Source of the DNA: Candidatus Eiseniibacteriota bacterium
GTDB taxonomy: Bacteria; Eisenbacteria; RBG-16-71-46; CAIMUX01; VGJL01
Reading direction: 5' to 3'
Assembly (NCBI GenBank): GCA_963792585.1
Contig: CAWBWI010000001.1
Coordinates: forward strand, 96,001 to 160,000
DNA: 64,000 nt
This document shows, piece after piece, positions 37,375-48,452 of this stretch (its first letter is position 1; every line of letters begins with the position of its first letter). The notes below the pieces were generated by a model that did no database searches, was not told the DNA's origin, and saw only the letters and a list, made by a program, of their open reading frames with translations. A program made the position numbers and the translations under genes.

Positions 37375-38584
37375 GTATGCTCCCATCGTGGGCGAGTCCG
37401 AAGTGGCCGAGATCCGCGCCCTCGCGCGGGCCGTCCACGCCAAGCGGGTCCTGCACGTGAACTCGACCGCGGTCGGCGGGGGAGTGGCCGAGATCCTCCA
37501 CCGCCTGGTGCCGCTCCTGAACGAGGTTGGCGTTCCCGCCCGGTGGGAGGTGATCAAAGGCGGAGGAGACTTCTTCGCCGTCACCAAGGCGTTCCACAAT
37601 GCTCTTCACGGCAAGGCGGAGACGATCCGGCCCGACCATCTCGAGACCTTCCGGGAGTACAGCGCAATGAACGCCGCCGCCATGGAGTTCGACGCCGAAG
37701 GGATCGTCATCCACGACCCGCAGCCCGTCGCCATGGTCGAGAAGCGTGGGCGTAATGGGCAGTGGTGGGTCTGGCGCTGCCACATCGACGTTTCCCGGCC
37801 CGATCCGCAGGTGTGGGAATTCCTGCGCCCGTGGATCGAAGCCTACGACGCGGCGATCTTCTCCGCGCCGAGCTTCTCGCAGGCTCTGCCGATCCCTCAG
37901 TTCCTGATCCCGCCCTCCATCGATCCGCTCGCAACCAAGAACCGGGAGCTGGAACCGGAGCAGGTTACGGGAGTCTACGAACGATTCTCGATCGACCGCA
38001 AACGACCGGTCATCGTGCAGATCTCGCGCTTCGATCGCCTGAAGGACCCCTTCGGTCTGGTCGACGCCTACCGGATGGTCCGCAAGCGTGCCGATTGCCA
38101 GCTCGTCCTTGCGGGCGGCGGGGCGACGGACGATCCCGAGGGGGCAGAGGTCCTCCTTGAGCTGCAGGCGATGCGCGGGGAGGATCCCGACCTGCACATC
38201 CTCCACCTTCCCCCGGGGAGCGATTTGGAGATCAACGCGCTCGTGCGCGGCGCGACGGTCGTCGTGCAGAACTCGATCAAGGAAGGCTTCGGCTTGACCG
38301 TCTCGGAGGCGCTCTGGAAGGCAAAGCCGGTCATCTCGCGACCCGTCGGCGGGATCTCATCGCAAGTTCTCCACGGCATCACCGGCTTGATGGCGCATTC
38401 CACCGAGGGCGTGGCCTCCAACATCCGTTACTTACTGTCGCATCCCGATATTGCGACCCGGCTCGGCAGGCTTGGGCGGGAACACGTCCGGCACAATTTT
38501 CTGATCACCCGCCATCTCCGGCAGGAATTGCTCCTCATGATCGCCCTGGACCATCCCGGGGAGCGCGACGTGCGGGTGGCCTGA
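37355..38584 (+). CDS. treT: TreT-like GT4 trehalose glycosyltransferring synthase
   Basis: HVNST..GGGVAEIL, TKAFHNALHG, IHDPQP, WRCHID, SRFDRLKDP, DDPEG, EGFGLTVSEALWK. Confidence 0.85.
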   Translation: MTVTLDEYAPIVGESEVAEIRALARAVHAKRVLHVNSTAVGGGVAEILHRLVPLLNEVGVPARWEVIKGGGDFFAVTKAFHNALHGKAETIRPDHLETFREYSAMNAAAMEFDAEGIVIHDPQPVAMVEKRGRNGQWWVWRCHIDVSRPDPQVWEFLRPWIEAYDAAIFSAPSFSQALPIPQFLIPPSIDPLATKNRELEPEQVTGVYERFSIDRKRPVIVQISRFDRLKDPFGLVDAYRMVRKRADCQLVLAGGGATDDPEGAEVLLELQAMRGEDPDLHILHLPPGSDLEINALVRGATVVVQNSIKEGFGLTVSEALWKAKPVISRPVGGISSQVLHGITGLMAHSTEGVASNIRYLLSHPDIATRLGRLGREHVRHNFLITRHLRQELLLMIALDHPGERDVRVA

Positions 38585-38595
38585 TGGGATGCCGA

Positions 38596-39105
38596 TCAGT
38601 GCCCGGTGCGGAACGTCACACCACCCACGATCGACGTCGTGTCCAGCTCCGTAAGAGCCAGACGGCCCTCCAGGAAGAACGAAGCGGTGCGGCCGGGGAA
38701 GATCACTCCTCCGAGGAGATTCAGCCCCGCATTCGTTTCGTTTTCATCCCTGAACCTCGGCCGATCGATCCGGAGAAAGTGGAGGCCGAAGCCGGCGCCG
38801 AGATAGGGTGCGGCGCTGCCGGCCGGGCCGAAGTGGTAGTAGATGTCGAAGTTCGGGTTCACATCCGACACGCGCCCGCTGCTCCAGTAGCGCAAATTCG
38901 GCTGTAGGTGGAGGCGGCTTCCCCGCTCCTCGAACTCCAGGTGTCCACCGATCACGAGGGCTCCGTCGAGGTCTTCAGGATCCGCGAATCCTCCGCTGAA
39001 GCCGACCCCGGACAAACCGTACGCATGGGAAGGTATCGGGGTCGCGACTGTGAGGGCGACCGCGAGAGCGGCCGTGAACATGACGGCGAGGAATGTGCGC
39101 TGCAT
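38596..39105 (-). CDS. Small outer-membrane beta-barrel protein
   Basis: AGGAGG RBS; signal peptide; PYLGAGFG, GLNLLGGV, C-terminal GVTF strand. Confidence 0.75.
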   Translation of the reverse strand: MQRTFLAVMFTAALAVALTVATPIPSHAYGLSGVGFSGGFADPEDLDGALVIGGHLEFEERGSRLHLQPNLRYWSSGRVSDVNPNFDIYYHFGPAGSAAPYLGAGFGLHFLRIDRPRFRDENETNAGLNLLGGVIFPGRTASFFLEGRLALTELDTTSIVGGVTFRTGH

Positions 39106-39209
39106 GGAACCTCCTCTATGGCGCGGTTCATTGGTGAGGCCGCGAGACCGACGCGGCTGCGATGCCGGGCGGTCTCGGGTCCTCCAACGCATCCTATCGA
39201 GCGATCCTC

Positions 39210-39359
39210 CTAGATCACCTTTCGACCCTGGATCAGACGGATGAGCACCGAGATGATGGCGAGCACGAGCAGAATGTGAATGAAGCCATGCACGGTGTAG
39301 GCCGTGATCATCCCGAGCAGCCAGAGAAGCACGAGAACTATGGCGATCGTCCACAACAT
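39210..39359 (-). CDS. lmo0937-family small membrane protein
   Basis: MLWTIAIVLVLLWLLG..GFIHILLVLAII..L.RLIQGR, 49 aa; AGGAGG RBS. Confidence 0.88.
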   Translation of the reverse strand: MLWTIAIVLVLLWLLGMITAYTVHGFIHILLVLAIISVLIRLIQGRKVI

Positions 39360-39441
39360 GACACACCTCCTATGAAGCGAATGGGTCCTGTGGTCGGCCT
39401 CGGTCGAGTAAGGATTCCGCGCGGCCTTGGGGTTGGCAGCG

Positions 39442-39687
39442 TCAGATTCGACCCCGCGCGTGCCCGGCCCCGCCCCTTCCCCTCCAAGCGAACAGCCCCG
39501 CGCCAAGCACGATCGCCCCGGCGCCGGCCCAGATGGGCACGTTCACCGTCTTCTTCTCGCGCAATTGGAGCTCGAGGTCTCCCAGCTTTGCTTCGTGCGT
39601 TTCCTTGGTATACGTGACCTTCCCGTAGACGGCGGCCAGGATTCCTCCCGCAACGAGCAGGATGGCGATGAGTCTGCATACGTTCAT
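39442..39687 (-). CDS. Small two-TM membrane protein
   Basis: TM - YTKETHEAKLG.LEL..EKKTVNVP - TM; GGGAGG RBS. Confidence 0.75.
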   Translation of the reverse strand: MNVCRLIAILLVAGGILAAVYGKVTYTKETHEAKLGDLELQLREKKTVNVPIWAGAGAIVLGAGLFAWRGRGGAGHARGRI

Positions 39688-39776
39688 CGATCGAAACCTC
39701 CCTTCAGGTTCGTGCACGGGACGACTTCCCAACGCCTCCATTCGGAACATGTCGTTCTACACTCCTCGACCCAAAC

Positions 39777-39792
39777 CGCAAGGCCCATGCCA
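39777..39792 (-). promoter_or_regulatory. Sigma-54 -24/-12 promoter (small membrane protein cluster)
   Basis: TGGCAT-GGGCC-TTGCG. Confidence 0.75.
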
Positions 39793-39984
39793 CGGGCGCG
39801 GCGGGTCCATAGATTCTATCAACCCATTACCGCGCCTCGAGATAAGAGGGGTCTGTCCATCTGCGTCTGATTTCACGAATAGATTGGGGGGCCTCATCGC
39901 TACTCATGATTGTAGAATCTTCCGTTGGCCGCCAATCTGGCAGGACGGGAGGTGCTGTTGACCGCAAGCAGTGGGGGGAGTCTC

Positions 39985-41415
<1,431 letters not shown>

Positions 41416-41511
41416 ACTCCGCCGGGACACGCACCACCTCCGCTTCATTCCGATACCCACGGTCGACCTGGGGAGCGGGCCGAAAGTCTCCAGCCCGGAG
41501 CCACCGGAGTC

Positions 41512-42153
41512 CTACCGCGAAGTCAGGGCGTCCCGCCTCGCCGAGGGCGGGATCTTCTCGACCATGACGAGCAGCACCTGGCGCTGGTGGGCGTGGTCGT
41601 CGCCCCAGGCCGCGCGCTCCAGTTCGGGCGGCGTCTCTCCGAAGCTGATGGCGTTGTAGCGGACCATCTGCGTCGGCGCGCGCGAGGCCAGGTAACGGAG
41701 CACCGCGTTCGCTCTCAGCTGGGCCAGTTGCAGGTTATAGGAGTCGGTTCCCCGCGGATCGGCGAACCCGTAGAGTTCGGCGAGGTACTGCGGGCTCCTG
41801 TCCATCTCCTGCGCGGCCTGCTCGAGACTCGCCTTGGCCGCATCGTCCAACTCCGCGCTGTCGAATGCGAAGTAGACCTGGTAACGGGCCGCTTCCCGGT
41901 AGTCGACGTTCCCCAGGGCAAGGGAGCGCGAGGAGTCGGCGCGCATGGCGGCGGCCCCGGCTGCGGTCAGAGCGCGGGCTCCATCGCCACGAACCTGGTC
42001 GAGATCCGCGCGCAGGGCCGTGTTCTTGTCCGCCGTGTCCTTTCGAAGATCGGCGACCTGGTTGCGGACGTATCCCTTGGTCGCGCAGCCCGACGAGGTT
42101 GCGAGCACGACCAGCGCGGCGCCGATCCATACGGGAACCTGATTTCCTCTCAT
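41512..42153 (-). CDS. OmpA-family peptidoglycan-binding lipoprotein
   Basis: Lipobox SSG-C; coiled coil; FAFDSAEL..GFADPRG..YN..L...RANAV..YL. Confidence 0.85.
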   Translation of the reverse strand: MRGNQVPVWIGAALVVLATSSGCATKGYVRNQVADLRKDTADKNTALRADLDQVRGDGARALTAAGAAAMRADSSRSLALGNVDYREAARYQVYFAFDSAELDDAAKASLEQAAQEMDRSPQYLAELYGFADPRGTDSYNLQLAQLRANAVLRYLASRAPTQMVRYNAISFGETPPELERAAWGDDHAHQRQVLLVMVEKIPPSARRDALTSR

Positions 42154-42197
42154 GACAGCCTCCTCACGCGCTCAACACTCGGCATGGGCCTTCGTGG

Positions 42198-42878
42198 TCA
42201 GAAGCCGACGCTCAAGCCCACGCCGAAGGTGACCGTGTTGTAATCGATGTTGCGGATCTGGTCGCGAACTTCCGAATCGAGCTTTCGTTCAGGGTCGACG
42301 AATACGTACTGGGCCTCTCCCGAGAGGGAGACCTTCTCGGACAAGCTGAGTCTCAGCCCGCCGCCCGCATGCCAGCCAAACGTCGTGACCGACTGATCGC
42401 GGAGTCCGGTCATGCGCTCGACGACGCCGGAGTAGTCGTAGATCACGCGGTACCAGCCGGCCCCGGCCTGCAGGAACGGGGAGGCCCCGGGCGCGAGGGG
42501 CAGATAGAGTCGTCCGGAGACGGTCACCGGCACGCTCTTCACGCGCACGTTCGCGCCATCAATCGTGCCGACCTGAAAGCGCTCGCTCGAACGGTAGTCG
42601 ACGGCGCCTCGCACCCCGAGAAACGGGACGAGTCGAAGCTCCATGTGCCCGCCTACGAGGTAGTTTCCGTTGTCGGAATCGGCGGCCTTGGTATATGCGA
42701 TGTGCGGTCCGTACTCGAATCCTTGGGCATACGCGCCCCCGTTCAGAAGGGAAGCGCAAAAGAGCAAGAGCGCAGGGCCGGACAGATGACGGATTCGACG
42801 CCGTACCGACGGGGTCGACAAACGCGGCACATCCTCTTGCTTCGCGGTCTGCGGCATCATCTGCTGGAATCGAGTCAT
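42198..42878 (-). CDS. Outer-membrane beta-barrel protein
   Basis: AGGAGG RBS; signal peptide ending AYA-Q; PFLQAGAGWY, FGWHAGGG, terminal GLSVGF. Confidence 0.8.
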   Translation of the reverse strand: MTRFQQMMPQTAKQEDVPRLSTPSVRRRIRHLSGPALLLFCASLLNGGAYAQGFEYGPHIAYTKAADSDNGNYLVGGHMELRLVPFLGVRGAVDYRSSERFQVGTIDGANVRVKSVPVTVSGRLYLPLAPGASPFLQAGAGWYRVIYDYSGVVERMTGLRDQSVTTFGWHAGGGLRLSLSEKVSLSGEAQYVFVDPERKLDSEVRDQIRNIDYNTVTFGVGLSVGF

Positions 42879-43217
42879 GACATATCCTCCTCTTCTCCGG
42901 CAGGCCCACACATCAGCCTGCCGGCGCACGGTCGGTCGATCCGACCGGAACCGCGGATCCATAAGAACAGGATTCGTGCCGCGGCGATGCCGGGAGGGAT
43001 TCGATCGTCCTACGCGCGATGGGCCCGCGAGTTGGCGGTCAGGGGTTCCCGGATATCCGACCGCGAGGCGACGTCTGGAGCCGTGTGAGAACTACAAGCT
43101 CCACCCAGTTTCTACCGACAACGCAGCCCACAACTCGGTCCACCCGAAGTCTCGGCGCTCCCGCCTCGAACCGTCATCGCCTTGGAGGGGTAGAGGTTCC
43201 CACGGTCCGAATCCGCG

Positions 43218-43233
43218 TGGCACGTCCCTTGCG
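43218..43233 (+). promoter_or_regulatory. Sigma-54 -24/-12 promoter
   Basis: TGGCAC-GTCCC-TTGCG, 57 bp before ATG 43291. Confidence 0.8.
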
Positions 43234-43290
43234 GATCGCGTGCCGGAGCAGATTGAACGAACCGCGCAACCCCGCGGAAGGAGGTAGGAC

Positions 43291-43773
43291 ATGAGGACCA
43301 TTCTCGTAACGATCGCCGTGCTGGCCGTCCTTACGCTACCCGCATTGGCGGGCCCCCAGGATCACGTCGGCTATCGCGGTTGGGGACCGCGGGTCGGTCT
43401 CAGCTCCGGCCCCGACCAGATGCACTTCGGCGCCCACCTGGATTTCGGTTACTTCGCGGAGCACTTTCGGCTCCAGCCGAATCTCGAGGTCGGCGTCGGC
43501 AGCGGTCGAACCATCAGCGCATTCAACGTGGAGACCTCGTATCGATTCCTCACCACGTGGGGGAACTGGTCGCCGTACGCCGGCGGCGGGCTCGGCCTGA
43601 ACATGGTGAGCGGAAACGAGCGCCCGGGCCGCTCGAACGAGGATCTGGGAGCGAACGCCCTGGGAGGAATCGAGAAGGGGCTTTCGAACGGGGATCGTTT
43701 CTTCCTGGAGACAAAGCTCGGGCTGGGCCATGCTCCGGACATTAAATTCACAGCGGGCTGGACGTTCTACTAG
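43291..43773 (+). CDS. Small outer-membrane beta-barrel protein
   Basis: AAGGAGG RBS; signal peptide; RLQPN, PYAGGGLG, LGANALGG, FFLE, terminal GWTFY; resembles 38596-39105. Confidence 0.8.
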   Translation: MRTILVTIAVLAVLTLPALAGPQDHVGYRGWGPRVGLSSGPDQMHFGAHLDFGYFAEHFRLQPNLEVGVGSGRTISAFNVETSYRFLTTWGNWSPYAGGGLGLNMVSGNERPGRSNEDLGANALGGIEKGLSNGDRFFLETKLGLGHAPDIKFTAGWTFY

Positions 43774-44141
43774 AGGCTCGGACTCCCATCTCGAACGATC
43801 GAAGACCGAAGCGGGAAGGCCGGGACTGCAGGGGGCCAAAGGCATCCTGCGATCCCGGCCGACCCGCGCCGCGTGCCCGCCACCTCGCGATGAGGAACGC
43901 CCGGCTTCGGTGTCCGCGCGGGCGGGGTAGGAAGCACTCTCCCCAATGGCGTCCCGTGAGTCATGAGAATCGTGGCACAGCGCGAATTGCGAAGCGACTC
44001 CTCGTCCCAAGATGTGATTTGGTCCCTCGCGGGTATCACTGGCAGTATTCCTACGACTGCCTAGTATGCAGTGTGCAATCACCCGGCCGCATCCGGCGAT
44101 CGGGTGCCCACCGTTCCGATGACCTCTTGGAGGTCACACGC

Positions 44142-46759
44142 ATGCGCTGTAATCTGGCAACGCAACTCCGGCCGCCGCTCTTGTCCCTGTCCCTTCTCAT
44201 GGTCTCCATCCTCGCGCAGGCGGATCCGCCGCCCCTGACCCCGATTCAGTTTCTTCCCGGGGACCTGAGGAGCAGCGTTGCCCCCGGCAATCAGACAGCA
44301 CCGTCCATCGCCATGGGGACCAACCAGATGCTGGCCGTTTGGACCGACGCGAGCAGCAGCCACTCTCTCGCAGGAGTGGAGAGCGAAGCCGACATATTCG
44401 CCGCCAGGCTCGATTCGAGCGGCAACCTCATCGATGCGACTCCGATCGTCGTGAGGCAGGATGGGGGATACCAGCGCAATCCCATAGTTTCGTGGAACGG
44501 CGAAAACTGGCTCGTCCTATGGGAGAACCAGACGTTCACCGGTTCCTACTACGAAACCCGGGTCTTCGGGGCAAGGGTCTCGCCGCAGGGCATCGTCCTC
44601 GACACAACTCCTCTCCAACCCTTCGGGACGAATCTCAGCGAAGAAGTACACGTCACGGCGAATGGCTCGGAATGGTTGGTCGTGACGCAAGGACACAGCG
44701 CGGGGCAGGCCGGCATCCAGGCGCGGCGCATCGCGTCGGACGGGACCTACCCGGATCCAGCGCCGGTCGTGCTCGTGGCGGAGACCTACTACGTCTACTT
44801 CAGCGTGCAGATCAACTCCGCCGCGAGCGAATACCTCCTGACGTATACGGACCCGGATGTCTACCGCGCGCGCAGGTACACGTCCTCGCTGCAGCCGATC
44901 GGGAACCCCTTCACGATTCCGAACGGGAAGATCGCCTCGAACGGACCTCAATACTACCTCCTCTTCTCGGGCGGGCAGTTCGGCAATGAAATGAGGGGCT
45001 CACCCATGAGTCCGAGCGGCGTGTTGACGATTCCCGGCGGCGCCTTCTTCGACGATCTGTCGGATGGCACCTGGTGGGAAAGCGATGTCGCCTGGGATGG
45101 CACCTACTGGTGGATCTCCTACGTCCACGCTTGGACGGGGATCACATATCAGCGGGCGACGGTAGCGGGCACAGTCGTCGATCCGACCGGCTTCGCCATT
45201 GATCCTCCGAATCGCAACTACCACGCCGCCCACCATACCGCGAGCCGCCCGGGTGGAGGCGTGGTCACCGTGTGGCAGGACTGGCGCATCTCCACCGCGG
45301 ACTACAACGTGTTCGCGACGCGCGTGAGCGGCCCGGTGCCGCCGCTGGATCCCGGAGCCCCGATCTGTCTGTCTGGCGCCCACCAGCTCTATGCGGACGT
45401 GGCCGCGGGCCCAGGCTTCTACATGCTCGCCTGCGCGAGCGCGATCTCAGGGGATACGCGCATCCAAGTGCAGCGGATCGACGAGGTCGGAAACGTGCTC
45501 GATGCCCAGCCGATCGTGGTCGCGTCGGGTCCGAACGAGGCGGTCCCTGCCGTCGCGTGGAACGGTTCGGTCTTCCTCGTCGTCTGGAACTCCGCCGGAA
45601 ACATCGTCGGCCGGCGCGTGAACCCCGACGGCTCGTTCGTGGATGGCAGCCCGGTGACCATCATGCCCGGCGGCTCGCCTGATGTCGCCGCGCTCGGGAC
45701 CGACTTCCTCGCCGTCGCAACCCACGCACCGGGGAATCCCCAGTATCGCTTCGCGTACGCCCGGCGTGTGAGCGGCGCAACAGGACAACCGATCGACCCC
45801 GCGCCGATCCTGATCGGCGGCTCGTTCGCGCAGTTCTGCCGTGTGACGACCTTCGGCGGAAGGTGGCTGGCGACGTGGCAGCAGAACTTCACCCACGATG
45901 ATCCGCAGGCGGCGATCTCGGCTGCTTTCGTTGCGGCCGACGGTTCGACGCCGGGACCGTTCACCGTCCTCCCCGCTTCGGGAGGAACTCCCGACATTGC
46001 GGTCTCCGGCAACACGGCGCTCTTCATCTGGAGGAACAACTCGCTCGCGAACGCGAACAACTACATCGCCGCGCGTCGGATGCGTCCGGACGGATCGTTC
46101 GTCGACCCGGGCGCGTTCTTGGTCGACGAGGCGGCCGGCCGCCAGCTCGATCCGGTGGGCGCCTGGAACGGGCACGAGTTCGTGACGGCTTGGGAGGATC
46201 AGCGCAACCAGCAGTGGTTCTTCGACGCCCAGACCGACATCTACGGCGCGCGCGTGCCGGCGGACGGCGCGGTGACCGACCCGAGCGGCTACGCCCTCTT
46301 CGACGAACCGTCTCCCGTGGTCAACCCCGCGATCGCGAGCCTTGGCAATGGAAGGTGGATCGTCGCGGGGTCGATCTTCCGTACCGGCGCTCCGTTCGAC
46401 TGCTATCGGATCGGATTCCGCATAGGCCTGGGCGACGTGGCGGACGTTGTCGGGAACGATGCGCCCGGAGGGTTCCGCGGCCTTCCCGCCCAGCCGAACC
46501 CGACCTCGTCGACGACCATGATCCGCTTCGATCTGCCTACTGCCGCGGAGATCCGGTTGCTTCTCTATGATGCGGGCGGTCGTCTGGTCCGAACGATCGC
46601 GGGGGGACGATGCCCCCGGGATCCCACTCCGCGAACTGGGATGGTCGAGACGATACGGGCCGGACCGTGGCGGACGGGGTATACCTGCTGCGGCTCGAGG
46701 CCGGTCGCTTCGCCGATACCCAGAAGGTCATCAAGATCCAGGGCGCCTCCTCGTACTAG
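44142..46759 (+). CDS. Secreted repeat protein with FlgD-Ig/T9SS-type C-terminal domain (frameshift in the G6 run at 46601-46606)
   Basis: GGAGG RBS; repeats Q..P.V(A/S)WNG..(F/W)LV.W..DI(F/Y).AR; QPNP..YDAGGRLVRTI continues in another frame as SHSANWDGRDDTGRTVADGVYLLRL..KVIKIQGASSY-stop. Confidence 0.8.
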
Positions 46760-46769
46760 CAGGGGTTCC

Positions 46770-46816
46770 TCCGGAGCCGGTCCCGGTTCGCGGCGGATCG
46801 GGGCCGGTTCTCCGGA
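46770..46816. terminator. GC-rich hairpin after the corrected stop at 46759
   Basis: TCCGGAGCCGGTCCCGGT...ATCGGGGCCGGTTCTCCGGA imperfect inverted repeat; its position supports 46759 as the true end. Confidence 0.45.
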
Positions 46817-46921
46817 TCCGGCGCCGCGTTCCTTGACTCCCGCACCGCATCCCGACAGAATCACCTCCACGGTCCATGCCGACTGCCGGGGGATGGCGCG
46901 CATCGCCATTGGAGGTAGTCC

Positions 46922-48424
46922 ATGATCCCGTGCCGGCGTCTTCGATTCCTGTCGTCCTTCGTTCGTCTCGCGCTGGCCGCCCCGACAATCTTGGCGGCCG
47001 CGGCGTTCCTGTCGGTCCCGGAGGCCCGCGCGGCAGATCGCGTTCCGATCACCACCGCCTCCGAACCTGCGCGGAATCTCTTCCTCGAAGCCCGCGGCCT
47101 GAACGAAGGCCTGAAGTTCACCGACGCGCACGGGCGGTGCGTCCGGGCGATCGGGTTGGATCCGAACTTCGCGCTCGCGCATCTTCTCGCCTGCCAGACG
47201 TCGGCGACCGCGAACGAGTTCTTCGAGGGTCTCCAGCGTGCGGTGGATCTCGCGCCCAAGGTCTCCGACGCAGAACGCCTGATGATCCTCGGTTTCGACG
47301 CCGGCACGAAAGGGCGGCCGCAGGAGCAGGAGAAGGCTTACGCCGATCTCGTCAACCTCTTTCCGGATGACGAGCGGGTCCTCAACCTCCTCGGGGGGTA
47401 CTACTTCGGCGCGCAGGATTACGACCGGACCATCGCGACCTACGAGCGGGCGGTCGCCGTCAACCCCGCGTTCGCCCCGCAGTACAACCAGCTGGGATAC
47501 GCCTACCGCTTCACGCAGCAGTTCCCGAAGGCCGATCAGGCGTTTCAGAAGTACATCGAGCTCGTGCCCGACGATCCGAATCCGTACGACTCGTACGGTG
47601 AGTTCCTCATGAAGACCGGCCGCTTCGAGGAGTCGATCGCGAGCTACCGGAAGGCCCTGACCTTCGATCGCAACTTCGTTCCCTCCTACATCGGGATCTG
47701 CAATGACAACATCTTCCTCGATCGAGGCGAGGAGGCGCGCAAGGCGTGCGACGAACTCACCGCGATCTCGAGGACGGTGGGGGAGAAGCGTCAGGCCATG
47801 TTCTGGACGGCGGTTTCCTTCCTGCACGAGGGCCGACCGAAGGACGCGATCGACACGGTCCATCGGATGCATGCGCTGGCGGAGGCGGACAAGGATCTGC
47901 CGACCATGGCGGCCGATCACGTCATGATCGGGAATATCCTGCTCGAAACGGGCACGCCCGATCCCGCGCTCGCGGAATTCCGCAAAGGCGTTGAGGTCAA
48001 TGAGACCGCCGACGTGCCGGCCGAAGTGAAGGCGACGGCGCGCCGAGCGCTCGTCTATCAGGAAGCGAGGATCGCGCTCGCGAAGGGGGACCCGGCGGCC
48101 GCCTCGGCCAAGGCGGAGGAATTCCGAAGGGCGGTCGAGGCGCACCGGATTCCCGGCGAGGTCCGTCAGGTCCATGAACTGGCCGGCCGGATCGCGATCG
48201 CGAGGAAGGACTTCGACCTGGCCCTCCAGGAGCTTTCCGCCGCCAATCCTCAGGATCCGCGGATCGACTACCTGATGGCCCAAGCATACGAGGGCAAGGC
48301 AGACGGGGAGAACGCGCGGCTGTTGGCCAAGCGGGCGGCGGACTTCAACGCGCTGAACATCAACGGCGCGTATGTCCGCAAGCCGGCGCAGGCGATGGTG
48401 GCGAGGTTGGGAGGGGCGCGGTAG
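46922..48424 (+). CDS. Secreted tetratricopeptide repeat protein
   Basis: GGAGG RBS; signal peptide ending ARA-A; TPRs such as AIGLDPNFALAH, YNQLGYAY, PNPYDSYGE. Confidence 0.85.
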   Translation: MIPCRRLRFLSSFVRLALAAPTILAAAAFLSVPEARAADRVPITTASEPARNLFLEARGLNEGLKFTDAHGRCVRAIGLDPNFALAHLLACQTSATANEFFEGLQRAVDLAPKVSDAERLMILGFDAGTKGRPQEQEKAYADLVNLFPDDERVLNLLGGYYFGAQDYDRTIATYERAVAVNPAFAPQYNQLGYAYRFTQQFPKADQAFQKYIELVPDDPNPYDSYGEFLMKTGRFEESIASYRKALTFDRNFVPSYIGICNDNIFLDRGEEARKACDELTAISRTVGEKRQAMFWTAVSFLHEGRPKDAIDTVHRMHALAEADKDLPTMAADHVMIGNILLETGTPDPALAEFRKGVEVNETADVPAEVKATARRALVYQEARIALAKGDPAAASAKAEEFRRAVEAHRIPGEVRQVHELAGRIAIARKDFDLALQELSAANPQDPRIDYLMAQAYEGKADGENARLLAKRAADFNALNINGAYVRKPAQAMVARLGGAR

Positions 48425-48452
48425 GATCCGACCGCAACCTGGGAGGGATGCG

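Noticed and set aside
42180..42195. CGGCATGGGCCTTCG, similar to the sigma-54 site at 39777
   Set aside because: Lacks the -12 GC and points antisense into a gene.
43973..43990. TGGCAC...TTGC upstream of 44142
   Set aside because: Spacing is three bases too long for sigma-54.
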